From contig CAYYDG010000002.1 of assembly GCA_964470555.1 (NCBI GenBank), positions 81,050 through 145,049 on the forward strand: 64,000 bases of DNA. Direction: 5' to 3'. How positions within the stretch are numbered: position 1 is the stretch's first letter; each line of letters begins with the position of its first letter. The notes beneath the pieces are model-generated. The model was not told the origin of the DNA and ran no database searches. It saw only the letters and a list, made by a program, of their open reading frames with translations. Source of the stretch: an uncultured Heliomicrobium sp. (GTDB lineage: Bacteria; Acidobacteriota; Blastocatellia; RBC074). Shown here in pieces: positions 29,831 through 39,677 of the stretch. Position numbers and translations under genes: made by a program.

Positions 29831-31261
29831 ATGAACTCGAACAATCGGTTGTCACGCCGTAACTTAATTTTTCGGGCTGGAGCCGGGTTTTCTGGCTTGG
29901 CGTTGGCTTCGTTGCTGGATAAAGACGGATTGCTGGCGGCGGAGCCCAATCAGCAGAAACGCGTCAATCCGTTGGCTCCAAAAGAAGGGCATTTCAAGGC
30001 CAAAGCCAAGTCGGTCATCTTCCTGTTTATGTACGGCGGCGTTAGCCACGTGGACACCTTTGATCCTAAACCGGATTTGACTCGACATCACGGCAAGCCT
30101 ATGAACAAAGGCAAGGTGGATGTCTTTTTTGGCAACCCCGGAAATTTGATGGCTTCGCCGTACAAGTTCAAAAAGTATGGGCAGTCGGGCATTGAAGTTT
30201 CGGAACTGTATCCGCACATCGCGCAAAAAGTTGATGACTTGTGTGTGGTTCGCTCGGTGTTTACGACCAGCAACAATCATTCGCCTGCGATCTTTCAGAT
30301 GAACAGCGGCAATATGCGTCCGGGAAATCCGTCGCTTGGTTCGTGGGTGACTTATGGGTTGGGCAGCGAGAATGAGAACCTTCCGGCATACATTGTGATG
30401 TACGACTGGCGAGGCGGCCCGATTGGCGGAGCGCCCAACTGGTCTTCAGGTTTTATGCCCGCGGCGTATCAAGGCACGTCGTTTCGGTCGGGTGGAACTC
30501 CGATTGCCGACTTGAATCCTCCCAAGTGGGTTGATCCGCATTTGCAGCGGCAGGAAATTGATTTCGTGCAGCGGCTCAATCAGGCGCATCAGGTTTCGCA
30601 TCCGGGGAATTCGGATTTGGATGCGCGCATCGCTTCGTATGAACTGGCCTTCCAGATGCAAACGCACGCGCCCGAAGCGATGGATTTGTCGAAAGAATCC
30701 GATGCGACCAAAAAGCTTTATGGTGTTGGCGAAAAGACTACGGATTATTTTGGCAAACAATGCTTGATCGCTCGGCGAATGGTTGAACGTGGCGTGCGGT
30801 TCATTCAGTTGTATAGCGGCGGAGGTCATCAGCAGGAATCCTGGGACGCGCATTACGGCTTGCACGAAAATCATTCGTTGCATTGCGCGGAAACCGACAA
30901 GCCGATGGCTGGATTGATTGCGGATTTGAAAGCGCGCGGCTTGCTGGATTCGACCTTGATTGTTTGGGGTGGGGAATTCGGACGCATGCCGATTTCGCAA
31001 TCCGGCATTGGGCGCGATCACAATCCGCACGGGTTCACGATGTGGTTTGCCGGTGGTGGCATCAAAGGCGGACAAGTCATAGGCGCGACGGATGAATATG
31101 GTTATAAAGCAGAAGTCGAGCCATATTCGGTTCACGATATGCACGCGACGATTTTGCACGCGCTGGGGATGGATCATCGGCGTTTGACCTATTACTACGG
31201 CGGACGGGACCAGAGATTGACGAATTTTGGCGGCGATCCCGTGTTAAAGGTGTTTGCCTGA
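29831..31261 (+). CDS. DUF1501 domain-containing protein (tandem paralog of 26597..28054)
   Basis: About 80% identical to the upstream paralog over most of its length, with the same Tat motif and core blocks. Confidence 0.85.
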   Translation: MNSNNRLSRRNLIFRAGAGFSGLALASLLDKDGLLAAEPNQQKRVNPLAPKEGHFKAKAKSVIFLFMYGGVSHVDTFDPKPDLTRHHGKPMNKGKVDVFFGNPGNLMASPYKFKKYGQSGIEVSELYPHIAQKVDDLCVVRSVFTTSNNHSPAIFQMNSGNMRPGNPSLGSWVTYGLGSENENLPAYIVMYDWRGGPIGGAPNWSSGFMPAAYQGTSFRSGGTPIADLNPPKWVDPHLQRQEIDFVQRLNQAHQVSHPGNSDLDARIASYELAFQMQTHAPEAMDLSKESDATKKLYGVGEKTTDYFGKQCLIARRMVERGVRFIQLYSGGGHQQESWDAHYGLHENHSLHCAETDKPMAGLIADLKARGLLDSTLIVWGGEFGRMPISQSGIGRDHNPHGFTMWFAGGGIKGGQVIGATDEYGYKAEVEPYSVHDMHATILHALGMDHRRLTYYYGGRDQRLTNFGGDPVLKVFA

Positions 31262-31685
31262 ATGGAAGGAGGGCTGGCTTTAACTGACCTGAGAAGAATT
31301 CCAGTCGGCCACCCCCGGCAGACCTGAAATTCTTTCCAGTCAGATTATTGCCAGCCCAAACAGAGTCTTCACACTGAAGTTTTCAGATCAGAAGTCTCTC
31401 AACATCAAGTGACATATAACAGCAAAAATGTTTCATGATAAAGTAAAAAAAAGTTCGATTTGGCCGCTTTTCCGACTGTAGTGTGGGAAAAGAGCGGGGA
31501 AAATACCAGGAATCCACTCTTTCGGTTAGGTGAAGAGTCAATTGGTGAATTCCAGAGACACATTGAAAAGGTATTTCAGAGGAAACCAAAGCCGCTACTT
31601 GAACTTTAGCGAGTGCTTTGCTAACCTCACGCCTCAAATTTCGGCAAGAACAAACATATAACTTCGGAGGCAAGAAGGATTTGTA

Positions 31686-31955
31686 ATGGCTTTAGCAAAA
31701 GAAGCTAAATCAGGCATCATCACGCAGTACAAGGTTCACGGGACTGACACCGGATCACCGGAAGTTCAAGTGGCGTTGTTGACAACCCGCATCACTGAAC
31801 TGACTGAGCACTTCAAAACTCATAAAAAAGATAACCATTCACGTCGCGGCCTGCTGAAATTGGTCAGCCAACGCCGCAGTCTGCTGGATTATTTGAAGCG
31901 CAAAGACATCAACCGGTATCACGAGTTGATCAATCGTCTCGGATTGAGAAAGTAA
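31686..31955 (+). CDS. rpsO: 30S ribosomal protein S15
   Basis: 89 aa, ...[46 protein letters not shown]... Canonical S15. Confidence 0.95.
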   Translation: MALAKEAKSGIITQYKVHGTDTGSPEVQVALLTTRITELTEHFKTHKKDNHSRRGLLKLVSQRRSLLDYLKRKDINRYHELINRLGLRK

Positions 31956-31970
31956 CTGTTGAATAGTTTG

Positions 31971-31999
31971 CGGCGTCTCGCGCTGAGACGCCGTTTTTG
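31971..31999 (+). terminator. rho-independent terminator/attenuator after rpsO
   Basis: cggcgtctc-gcgc-tgagacgccg followed by TTTTTGTT. Confidence 0.7.
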
Positions 32000-32389
32000 T
32001 TGTGCAGCCGAACGTGACGGCACGTGCTTCCTAAAAAGTCTGGGTTCATTTTTGAAGTCCGACTAGCCCAAAGGCCTACAAGGGAAGACGAATGATTTCA
32101 TCCGAATCCCAACTTTTTCGGATGCCCTCAGCGCCTTCATCAATTCATGGCTGCCCGAATATCTGGGGTTGCCCATTGTGACAGACGGTTCTGATATTTC
32201 CGCCAGGAATCACAAGTTTAATTCCATATCGAAAAGCCGCAGCGCAGATTCGTGACGCTCATCACGAACTTCGCGCTTGCGGCTTATTGTCTTTGCAGTG
32301 GTTGGTGGTTGAGTAAAGATTGCTTGAGTCCCGGAAGAAACCGACACTCATCTGCCGCCATTGCCGTTGTTAAGAGGAGAGATAACAAG

Positions 32390-34573
32390 ATGTTTTTGAA
32401 ACAAGCCATCAATTTAGGAGGTCGGGAAATTTCGATTGAAACCGGCCGTATCGCAAAACAGGCTGATGGAGCGGTATTGGTTCAACAGGGTGAAACTGTT
32501 GTGTTGGTGACGGCAGTTTCCGCGCGCAAGGCCAGAGAAGGGGCTGATTTTTTTCCGCTCACTGTTGATTACAGAGAATACGGTTATGCTGCCGGACGAA
32601 TTCCCGGCGGTTATTTCAAACGCGAAGGCCGCCCGACCGAAAAGGAAATTCTGACCTGCCGTTTGACAGATCGCCCGATTCGCCCGCTGTTCCCAGAAGG
32701 TTATCAGCATGAAACACAGATCATTTCTATGGTCATGTCCGCCGATGAAGAAAACGAACCGGACGTACTTTCGATCACAGGGGCTTCTGCGGCGCTGTAC
32801 CTGTCGGACATTCCGTTTCACAACCCGATTGCCGGAGTTCGCGTTGGTTTGGTTGAAGGCAAATACGTCGTCAATCCGACATACGAACAGCAGGGCGCTT
32901 CATTGCTCAATCTGATTGTCGCCGGCAGCGAAGAAGCCATTGTGATGGTCGAAGCGGGCGCCAAGGAAGTCAGCGAAGAAGTCATGCTCGAAGCCTTGAT
33001 GTTCGCCCACGGCGAAATCAAAAAGCTGTGCCAGTTGCAGCGTTCTATGTTTGAAGCACTCGGCATCAAAAAGCGTGAATTCCAGCCCAAGCCGGTCAAC
33101 GAAACTCTGCTGCGCGAAATTGCCGAAAAATACACTGGCGAAATGCGCGAAGCTCTGAATGTGCAGAACAAATCCAAGATCGAAAGTTACACCGCGATTG
33201 ACGACCTGAAAAAGAAAGTCGTCGAAGGTTATCCCGAAGATCAACCGGCGGTTCGCGCTGAAGCCGGAGTGTTGTTCGATCATCTGAAAGAAGCCATCTT
33301 CCGTGACGACATTTTGAACAATCGTCGCCGACCGGATGGACGCCGATTTTCTGAAATTCGTCCCATTACCATCGAAGCCGGTTGGTTGCCGCGCACTCAC
33401 GGTTCGTCGCTGTTCACGCGCGGGGAAACTCAAGCGGTGGTGACGGCGACGCTCGGTACTTCGCAGGACGTGCAGTACGTTGACAGTCTGGAAAGCGGAG
33501 AATTCAAGCGACGCTTCATGCTCAATTACAACTTCCCGCCGTTTTCGGTCGGTGAAACCGGTCGAACCGGCAGCCCTGGTCGCCGCGAAATCGGGCACGG
33601 AGCGTTGGCGCATCGTGCGTTGGAAGCCGTTGTTCCAGGCGAAGAAGAATGGCCGTATGTCGTTCGTGTGGTTTCGGACATCACTGAATCTAACGGTTCG
33701 TCTTCGATGGCGACGGTTTGCGGGGGCTGTCTGGCAATGATGGATGCCGGAGTTCCGCTCAAAGCTCCGGTGGCTGGTGTGGCGATGGGGCTGGTGATGG
33801 AAGAAAAGAAATTCGCCATCCTGACCGACATCGCCGGCGCTGAAGATCATTACGGGGACATGGATTTCAAAGTCGCTGGCACGCGCAATGGCATTACGGC
33901 GTTGCAGATGGACATCAAGGTGACGGGATTGAATCCGCAGATTCTGGCCGACGCGCTGGATCAGGCGAAAAAAGGACGACTGTTCATTTTGGACAAGATG
34001 GAAGAAGTCCTGCCAGAACCGCGCAAGGAAATCAGCAAGTACGCGCCACGAATCATGACCTTGCAGATCAACCCCGACAAGATTCGTGACGTCATTGGCC
34101 CGGGCGGCAAGATGATCAAATCCATCGTCGAACGCACGGGAGCGAAAATTGACGTGGAAGATTCCGGGCGCATCTCAATCGCCACTGCCAACGGCGAAGC
34201 CGGCGAAATGGCCATGCAGATCATCCGCGATCTGACAGCCGAAGCCGAAATCGGCAAGACCTATCTCGGCACGGTTTCGCGCATCGTGGATTTCGGAGCG
34301 TTTGTCGAAATCATGCCTGGTCTGGACGGATTGCTGCACGTTTCGGAAATCGCCGATTATCGTGTGCGCGACGTGCGCGACGAACTGGAAGAAGGCCAGC
34401 AAATAATGGTCAAGTGCATAGGCATCGAAGGCAACAAGATTCGTCTGAGCCGCAAGGCTTTGCTCAATGAAGGCAAAGGCGGAGGCAATGAAAGCCGTGG
34501 CGAAGGGCGAGGTGAAGGAAGAGGCGAAGGCAGAAGCAGAAGTCGCCGACCGCCTCAGAACGACGAAGACTAA
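32390..34573 (+). CDS. pnp: polyribonucleotide nucleotidyltransferase (PNPase)
   Basis: Start refined to ATG 32390 (RBS aggagag). Two RNase PH domains, KH and S1 domains. The upstream extension in the track ORF is untranslated leader. There is a C-terminal RGEG-repeat tail. Confidence 0.95.
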   Translation: MFLKQAINLGGREISIETGRIAKQADGAVLVQQGETVVLVTAVSARKAREGADFFPLTVDYREYGYAAGRIPGGYFKREGRPTEKEILTCRLTDRPIRPLFPEGYQHETQIISMVMSADEENEPDVLSITGASAALYLSDIPFHNPIAGVRVGLVEGKYVVNPTYEQQGASLLNLIVAGSEEAIVMVEAGAKEVSEEVMLEALMFAHGEIKKLCQLQRSMFEALGIKKREFQPKPVNETLLREIAEKYTGEMREALNVQNKSKIESYTAIDDLKKKVVEGYPEDQPAVRAEAGVLFDHLKEAIFRDDILNNRRRPDGRRFSEIRPITIEAGWLPRTHGSSLFTRGETQAVVTATLGTSQDVQYVDSLESGEFKRRFMLNYNFPPFSVGETGRTGSPGRREIGHGALAHRALEAVVPGEEEWPYVVRVVSDITESNGSSSMATVCGGCLAMMDAGVPLKAPVAGVAMGLVMEEKKFAILTDIAGAEDHYGDMDFKVAGTRNGITALQMDIKVTGLNPQILADALDQAKKGRLFILDKMEEVLPEPRKEISKYAPRIMTLQINPDKIRDVIGPGGKMIKSIVERTGAKIDVEDSGRISIATANGEAGEMAMQIIRDLTAEAEIGKTYLGTVSRIVDFGAFVEIMPGLDGLLHVSEIADYRVRDVRDELEEGQQIMVKCIGIEGNKIRLSRKALLNEGKGGGNESRGEGRGEGRGEGRSRSRRPPQNDED

Positions 34574-34585
34574 ACGCTTCAACTG

Positions 34586-34620
34586 GTGGCGGCTGACGAT
34601 CAGCCGCCACTTACTTTTTC
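34586..34620 (+). terminator. rho-independent terminator after pnp
   Basis: gtggcggctga-cgat-cagccgccac followed by TTACTTTTTC. Confidence 0.65.
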
Positions 34621-34633
34621 AGCAGGAGATTTC

Positions 34634-35707
34634 ATGCGAATCATCACCAGTCTTATTCTGATTATCTGTGCCGCGACTGGCGGTTATGTCTTTTTCTCAA
34701 ACGAAACCGGCTCGAATGCGCTGGCTCAACCCGCCCAGGAATTGAAAGACCCGCGCGAAAAACATCTGGCCAACATCAAACAACTCACCTTTGAAGGCGA
34801 AAACGCCGAAGCTTATTTTTCGCTCGACGGAAAAAAATTGATCTTTCAACGGGCAGTGAAGGGCGATGGGTGCGATCAAATTTTTTCGATGAACCTGGAT
34901 GGGTCGGATATGAAAATGCTGTCCAACGGTGAAGGCAAAACGACTTGTGCATACTTCACACCGAACGGCAAAAACATCGTTTACGCTTCGACCTTTAAGG
35001 CTGACCCGATCTGTCCGCCGAAGCCGGATATGTCAAAGGGTTATGTCTGGGCGCTCTTTCCGGGTTTTGACATCTTTCGCGCAAACGCGGATGGTTCGCG
35101 CCTGGTGCAATTGACGAAAACCGCCCGGTATGATGCCGAAGCCACAATCAGGCGAGATGGCACGATTGTCTTCACCAGTCTGCGCGACGGCGATCTGGAC
35201 ATTTACACTATGGACAAAAACGGCAGGAACGTGAAGCGGTTGACCAACGAGCTTGGCTACGACGGCGGCCCGTTCTGGAGCTACGATGGCAAGTTGATCG
35301 TCTATCGCGCGCATCATCCGCAAACCGACGCCGAAAAAGCCGATTATCTGGCTTTGCTGAAAGAAGATATGATTCGCCCCAGCAAGTTGGACTTGTGGGT
35401 GATGAATCCCGATGGGTCGAACAAACGCCGCGTCACCAACAACGGCAAAGCCAACTTTGCGCCGTTTTTCTTTTTGAACAACAAACGAATTCTGTTTTCG
35501 TCGAACCTCGACGATCCGCGCGGTCGCAACTTCGAGATTTACGCGATCAACGTTGACGGAACCGATCAGGAACGCATCACTTTCAATGACACCTTCGATG
35601 GGTTTCCGATGTTTTCGCCGGACGGCAAGAAGCTGGTGTTCTGTTCCAATCGCAACGCGACGAAGCCAGGAGACACCAATGTTTTCATCGCCGATTGGGT
35701 GGAATAA
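34634..35707 (+). CDS. PD40/TolB-like beta-propeller repeat protein (membrane-anchored or secreted)
   Basis: Start at MRIITSLILIICAATGGYVFF, after the pnp terminator. Repeated DGS/DGK...V/IY... WD40-like PD40 blades. Confidence 0.7.
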   Translation: MRIITSLILIICAATGGYVFFSNETGSNALAQPAQELKDPREKHLANIKQLTFEGENAEAYFSLDGKKLIFQRAVKGDGCDQIFSMNLDGSDMKMLSNGEGKTTCAYFTPNGKNIVYASTFKADPICPPKPDMSKGYVWALFPGFDIFRANADGSRLVQLTKTARYDAEATIRRDGTIVFTSLRDGDLDIYTMDKNGRNVKRLTNELGYDGGPFWSYDGKLIVYRAHHPQTDAEKADYLALLKEDMIRPSKLDLWVMNPDGSNKRRVTNNGKANFAPFFFLNNKRILFSSNLDDPRGRNFEIYAINVDGTDQERITFNDTFDGFPMFSPDGKKLVFCSNRNATKPGDTNVFIADWVE

Positions 35708-35761
35708 ATCCACGCAAAGCGACAAAACATCGCTTGAGATGTAAACCGCGAAAGTATGGAG

Positions 35762-35816
35762 AAAACGGAATTAGCGAAGATGGTTGATTTAATCTCTCCG
35801 CGAATTCCGTTTTTTC
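35762..35816 (+). terminator. hairpin with 11-bp perfect stem + T-tract downstream of TolB-like gene
   Basis: aaaacggaatt ...30 nt... aattccgtttt followed by TTCC. The loop is long for a canonical terminator. Confidence 0.4.
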
Positions 35817-35908
35817 CATTTATTCCGTATTCTTCCTTCGTCTTCCAAAAATACAACGTTTGTCGAAGAGGCGAGGCCTGAGTCGCTTAAGCCTCTTGAG
35901 GGAAATTT

Positions 35909-37378
35909 ATGACCAACCGAACAATAGCAGTCGCATTGCTGAGTTTGTTGATCGGATTCAGTTTTTGCGCGTTGGGAGCCGATGATTGGATGCGGTTTCG
36001 AGGTCCGAATGGAACCGGCGTTTCGTCGGAAACCAATTTGCCGACGGACTTCGGCCCGGACAAAAGCGTGGTTTGGAAAACCGCTTTGCCTCCGGGGCAT
36101 TCATCGCCGGTGCTGGCGCGCACTCGGATTTTCGTGACGGCGCATGATGGCGACAAAAAATCCGGCAAGCTGTTGGTTATCGCGCTCGACCGTAAAACCG
36201 GAAAAGAGATTTGGCGGCGTGAAGTTCCGCGCACGAAAACCGGGCGACTGGAAAACGTCAATGGCCCGGCTTCGGCCAGTCCAGTGACGGACGGCGAAAA
36301 CGTCTTTGCCTACTTTCAGGACTTCGGATTGATCTCCTTCAGCGCCGCTGGCAAAGAACGTTGGCGATTGCCGATCGAAGCGCCGAACATTTTTTACGGC
36401 TACGGCGCTTCGCCGATTCTGGTGGATGACAAAGTGATTCTGCCTGTGGATCAGGATGGCGGCGCGTATCTGTTGGCCGTCAACAAAAACACCGGCAAAC
36501 AAGTCTGGAAAATTGATCGCCCCGAAGTCATTTCCGGTTATTCGACGCCGATGATTTATCAGCCTAAAACGGGCGCGAAGCAATTGGTTTTGCCGGAATC
36601 GTTTCAGGTTTCGGCCTACTCGGTTGCCGACGGCAAGCGCGTTTGGTGGGTTCGTGGTCTGGCTTGCGAAATGAAGTCGGTGGCCAGTTATGACAACGAA
36701 TACCTGTACATCAACGGCTGGGGCTTTCCGCTGAACCAACCCGGCAAACAAATTCCCACCGTCAGCTTTGAAGAAGGGCTGAAACGCTATGACGCAAACA
36801 AGGACGGTTTTGTCGGACGAGACGAGATCAAGAAATTGGACCCGCCCAGTCAAATGGACAATGTGCTTCATCCGAATTACGGCTTCGACGCGTTTGATCT
36901 GAACCGCGACGCCAAACTGGATGCCAAAGACTGGGAAGTTTTCCGCTCGATGATGTCTTCGGAAAATGGATTGTTATCCATTAAGCTCGGCGGGCAAGGC
37001 GATATGACCGCCACGGCAGTTCGCTGGAAGTATCAACGTCCTGTGCCCCAAGTGCCATCCACGTTGCTCTATCAAGGCACGCTGTTTATGGTCAATGACA
37101 GCGGCATTCTGATTTCCTTCGATCCGGCGACCGGCAACGTCATCAAGCAAGGCCGGTTGAAAGGTGCGATTGACAAATACTTCGCCTCGCCGGTCGGAGC
37201 CGATGGCAAAGTTTATCTGATCAGCCAGGACGGAACTGTTTCGGTCGTCAAAGCGACGGGCGAATGGGATGTGCTGGCGGTCAATGCTTTGGGAGATGAA
37301 GTCTTCGCCACGCCGGCCATCGCCGACGGCAAGCTGTACGTTCGTACGAAAGGCATGCTTTATTGCTTCGGCAAATGA
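35909..37378 (+). CDS. PQQ-like (BamB-type) beta-propeller repeat protein with EF-hand-like insert
   Basis: Signal peptide. Repeated PQQ-like blades (VFA...G.LY...). An internal DANKDGFVGRDE canonical EF-hand loop plus DLNRDAKLDAKD. Confidence 0.7.
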   Translation: MTNRTIAVALLSLLIGFSFCALGADDWMRFRGPNGTGVSSETNLPTDFGPDKSVVWKTALPPGHSSPVLARTRIFVTAHDGDKKSGKLLVIALDRKTGKEIWRREVPRTKTGRLENVNGPASASPVTDGENVFAYFQDFGLISFSAAGKERWRLPIEAPNIFYGYGASPILVDDKVILPVDQDGGAYLLAVNKNTGKQVWKIDRPEVISGYSTPMIYQPKTGAKQLVLPESFQVSAYSVADGKRVWWVRGLACEMKSVASYDNEYLYINGWGFPLNQPGKQIPTVSFEEGLKRYDANKDGFVGRDEIKKLDPPSQMDNVLHPNYGFDAFDLNRDAKLDAKDWEVFRSMMSSENGLLSIKLGGQGDMTATAVRWKYQRPVPQVPSTLLYQGTLFMVNDSGILISFDPATGNVIKQGRLKGAIDKYFASPVGADGKVYLISQDGTVSVVKATGEWDVLAVNALGDEVFATPAIADGKLYVRTKGMLYCFGK

Positions 37379-37435
37379 CGCGCGTCGTGGCTGAAAAAAC
37401 GGCTGTGATAGAATCCACAGTAGGAGGTACTCAAA

Positions 37436-37618
37436 ATGGAAGATATTTTTGATTCGGAACTCAGCGCTGAAAAAAAGGCAGAGATCGTTCAGGAGTGCGA
37501 CAAATACTTGAAGGCGATAGACAGCATTTTTAAGCAGATGGAAAAGGACGAACAAGATATTGAGCGTCTTAATGCTGAAACCAGAGCGATGCTCAATCAA
37601 ATGCGAGAGGCCGCTTGA
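37436..37618 (+). CDS. small coiled-coil hypothetical protein (60 aa)
   Basis: Low-GC (about 42%) ORF, highly charged and helical. Translationally coupled (ATGA) to the next ORF. Confidence 0.35.
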   Translation: MEDIFDSELSAEKKAEIVQECDKYLKAIDSIFKQMEKDEQDIERLNAETRAMLNQMREAA

Positions 37619-37899
37619 TGTGGCAGACCCTCTTAAACCTAATCAAGCTGGCTTTCACCTTTGCAGAGAAGCTGCAAAAGATTGATGCGACGCTGAAGGA
37701 GCATAGCCAGAGCATACGGGACCTTACCGCTAACCAACAGCGGTTGCAGTTTGAATTTTTGTTGCAGAAAGAGCGAGACGCTCACGAGCGTGAGAAAGAG
37801 AAGTTACAGCTTGAAATCAAACAGTTACGTGAAGAGCGGGAAAATGCTGAGCAGCGCCGTTTGCCGCCCCATTCTGACAAAAAAGCGCAAGAGGAATGA
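37615..37899 (+). CDS. small hypothetical protein with hydrophobic N-terminus and coiled-coil (94 aa)
   Basis: MMWQTLLNLIKLAFTFA hydrophobic start, followed by a K/E/R-rich coiled-coil. Confidence 0.35.
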   Translation: MMWQTLLNLIKLAFTFAEKLQKIDATLKEHSQSIRDLTANQQRLQFEFLLQKERDAHEREKEKLQLEIKQLREERENAEQRRLPPHSDKKAQEE

Positions 37900-37951
37900 G
37901 TAGTTTCATTTTTCGCTCTCACCATCAAATCAACCAAACGGAAAAACATTT

Positions 37952-38443
37952 ATGACCAAGGAGAAATCAACTTCTATGACGTGGGCAATCTTTGCAATTG
38001 GCGCGGCTCTTTCGTGGGGCATTTACGGTGCGATGTTGCATCAGGGGCAGATGGAGCTTGGTTCGCCCGCTCAACGTGGTTTGCGCGCGCTGTTGTGCGT
38101 AGGTCTCGCGTACTTTTTGATTGGCGTCATCGTTCCGGTCGCCGGATTGGCTTCGCAAGGGCAGTTGAAGTGGGAAGGATTCAGTTCCAAAGGCGCTACG
38201 CTGGCCACCATTGCGGGCGCGTTGGGAGCGATTGGCGCGGCGTGCATCATCTGGGCGTTCAAATCCGGCGGAGTTCCGAATTACGTCATGCCGCTGGTAT
38301 TTGGCGGCGCTCCGGTGATTAACGTGCTGGTGACTATGTATTTGCATCCGCCGAAATCGGCGGTCAATCCGTTGCTGTATGTCGGCATGCTGCTGGTTGT
38401 GTTGGGCGCGAGTCTGGTGTTGTATTTCAGGCCGCAGTCATGA
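37952..38443 (+). CDS. small integral membrane protein (4 TM, DMT/EamA-like half-size)
   Basis: 163 aa with four hydrophobic helices. Confidence 0.5.
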   Translation: MTKEKSTSMTWAIFAIGAALSWGIYGAMLHQGQMELGSPAQRGLRALLCVGLAYFLIGVIVPVAGLASQGQLKWEGFSSKGATLATIAGALGAIGAACIIWAFKSGGVPNYVMPLVFGGAPVINVLVTMYLHPPKSAVNPLLYVGMLLVVLGASLVLYFRPQS

Positions 38444-38498
38444 GTATTGCGGCGACAAGAAAACGCTAGATCGATTTTCAGTTGTCTGTATGGTTTGG

Positions 38499-38556
38499 CC
38501 ACAGAGACTCAGAGAAGGACTCAGAAACCTCTGCGTCTCCGTGCTTCGGTGGCAAA
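38499..38556. repeat. REP-like repeat family 1, degenerate copy B (opposite orientation)
   Basis: The reverse complement contains ccaccgaagcacggagacgcagaggtttctgag, related to copy C tcaccgctgagacgcagagtttcgcagaggtttcg. Confidence 0.4.
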
Positions 38557-38640
38557 ACACCTACACTGAAGTGAAATACGATCTAGTTCAACACGTATCG
38601 CCCACCTGCATCAGGTCTGGCTTGCATCGGAGGTATTACG

Positions 38641-39534
38641 ATGACAACACCCAAAAGACAGTTTGGCGAATTCGATCCGGTCGAAAGGCACGATAATGTG
38701 CCAATGGTTTTTCAGCGATTGGCGCATTGGGATGGCGTCAAGGTTTCGCATTACCGTGTGAAGCCCGGCCAGGTTCCTGAGCGCACTCACAAAAACCATG
38801 AAGTGTTTATCCCGCTTGCCGGTTCCGTCACTATCAAAGGCAGAGAAGAAGACGGCGTCCCACCGGTGCGTCGCCGACAAGTTGGAGAAATCAGCGTCAC
38901 GCCAGCGGGCATAAGTTATTCGGCGCATTGGGAAGAGGAACTCGAATCGTTGACGGTTTCTCTGACCGAAGATTTCCTGAAACGCGCGACGATTGATTTC
39001 GAAGCCAATCGCAACGCTCGCATTGTGCTGACTTGCGGGCCACAAGACGCGCTGGTGCGTTCCATCGGACAGGCCCTGGCGAACGAACTCGATGCGGAAA
39101 TGCCAACCGGCAAGTTGTACGCCGAATCGCTGGTCAATACTCTGGCCGTGCATCTGTTGCGTCATTATTCAACCGACAGTTTGATTGCCGATCTGCAATT
39201 CGGCGGATTGCCTGCACACAAATTGCGGCGCGTGACCGAGTTTGTAGAAGAGAATCTGCATCAAGACCTGTCGCTGGCCGAACTGGCTCAGGTAGCGGAA
39301 CTCAGCCCGTTTCATTTCGCTCGTTCGTTCAAACAGGCGACGGGAATTACGCCGATTCAATTTTTGACTCAACGCAGAGTGGAACAGGCCAAACAGCTTT
39401 TACTCAAAGACGATCTGCCAATTGTCGAAATCGGCTTTCGCGTGGGGTTCAAAAATCAAAGCCACTTCACCACGCTGTTTCGTCGCTTGACGGCGATGAC
39501 GCCGAAATCATACCGGTTGGCAGCGCAGCGCTGA
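38641..39534 (+). CDS. AraC family transcriptional regulator (cupin + HTH)
   Basis: N-terminal cupin-like sensor. C-terminal AraC HTH (LSLAELAQVAELSPFHFARSFKQATGITPIQFLTQRRVEQAKQLL). Confidence 0.9.
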   Translation: MTTPKRQFGEFDPVERHDNVPMVFQRLAHWDGVKVSHYRVKPGQVPERTHKNHEVFIPLAGSVTIKGREEDGVPPVRRRQVGEISVTPAGISYSAHWEEELESLTVSLTEDFLKRATIDFEANRNARIVLTCGPQDALVRSIGQALANELDAEMPTGKLYAESLVNTLAVHLLRHYSTDSLIADLQFGGLPAHKLRRVTEFVEENLHQDLSLAELAQVAELSPFHFARSFKQATGITPIQFLTQRRVEQAKQLLLKDDLPIVEIGFRVGFKNQSHFTTLFRRLTAMTPKSYRLAAQR

Positions 39535-39677
39535 TCTCCTCGGTTTTCAATCAGAATTCAGCAAGATCACAACAAAGACGGCAAGCAGCGAAAAGAACTG
39601 CCTGCCGTCTTTGTTTTACCTTCTTCGTGTCGGATTTTCACAGACAGCATAACAACAATTTCCACGAAGGAGGGAAC

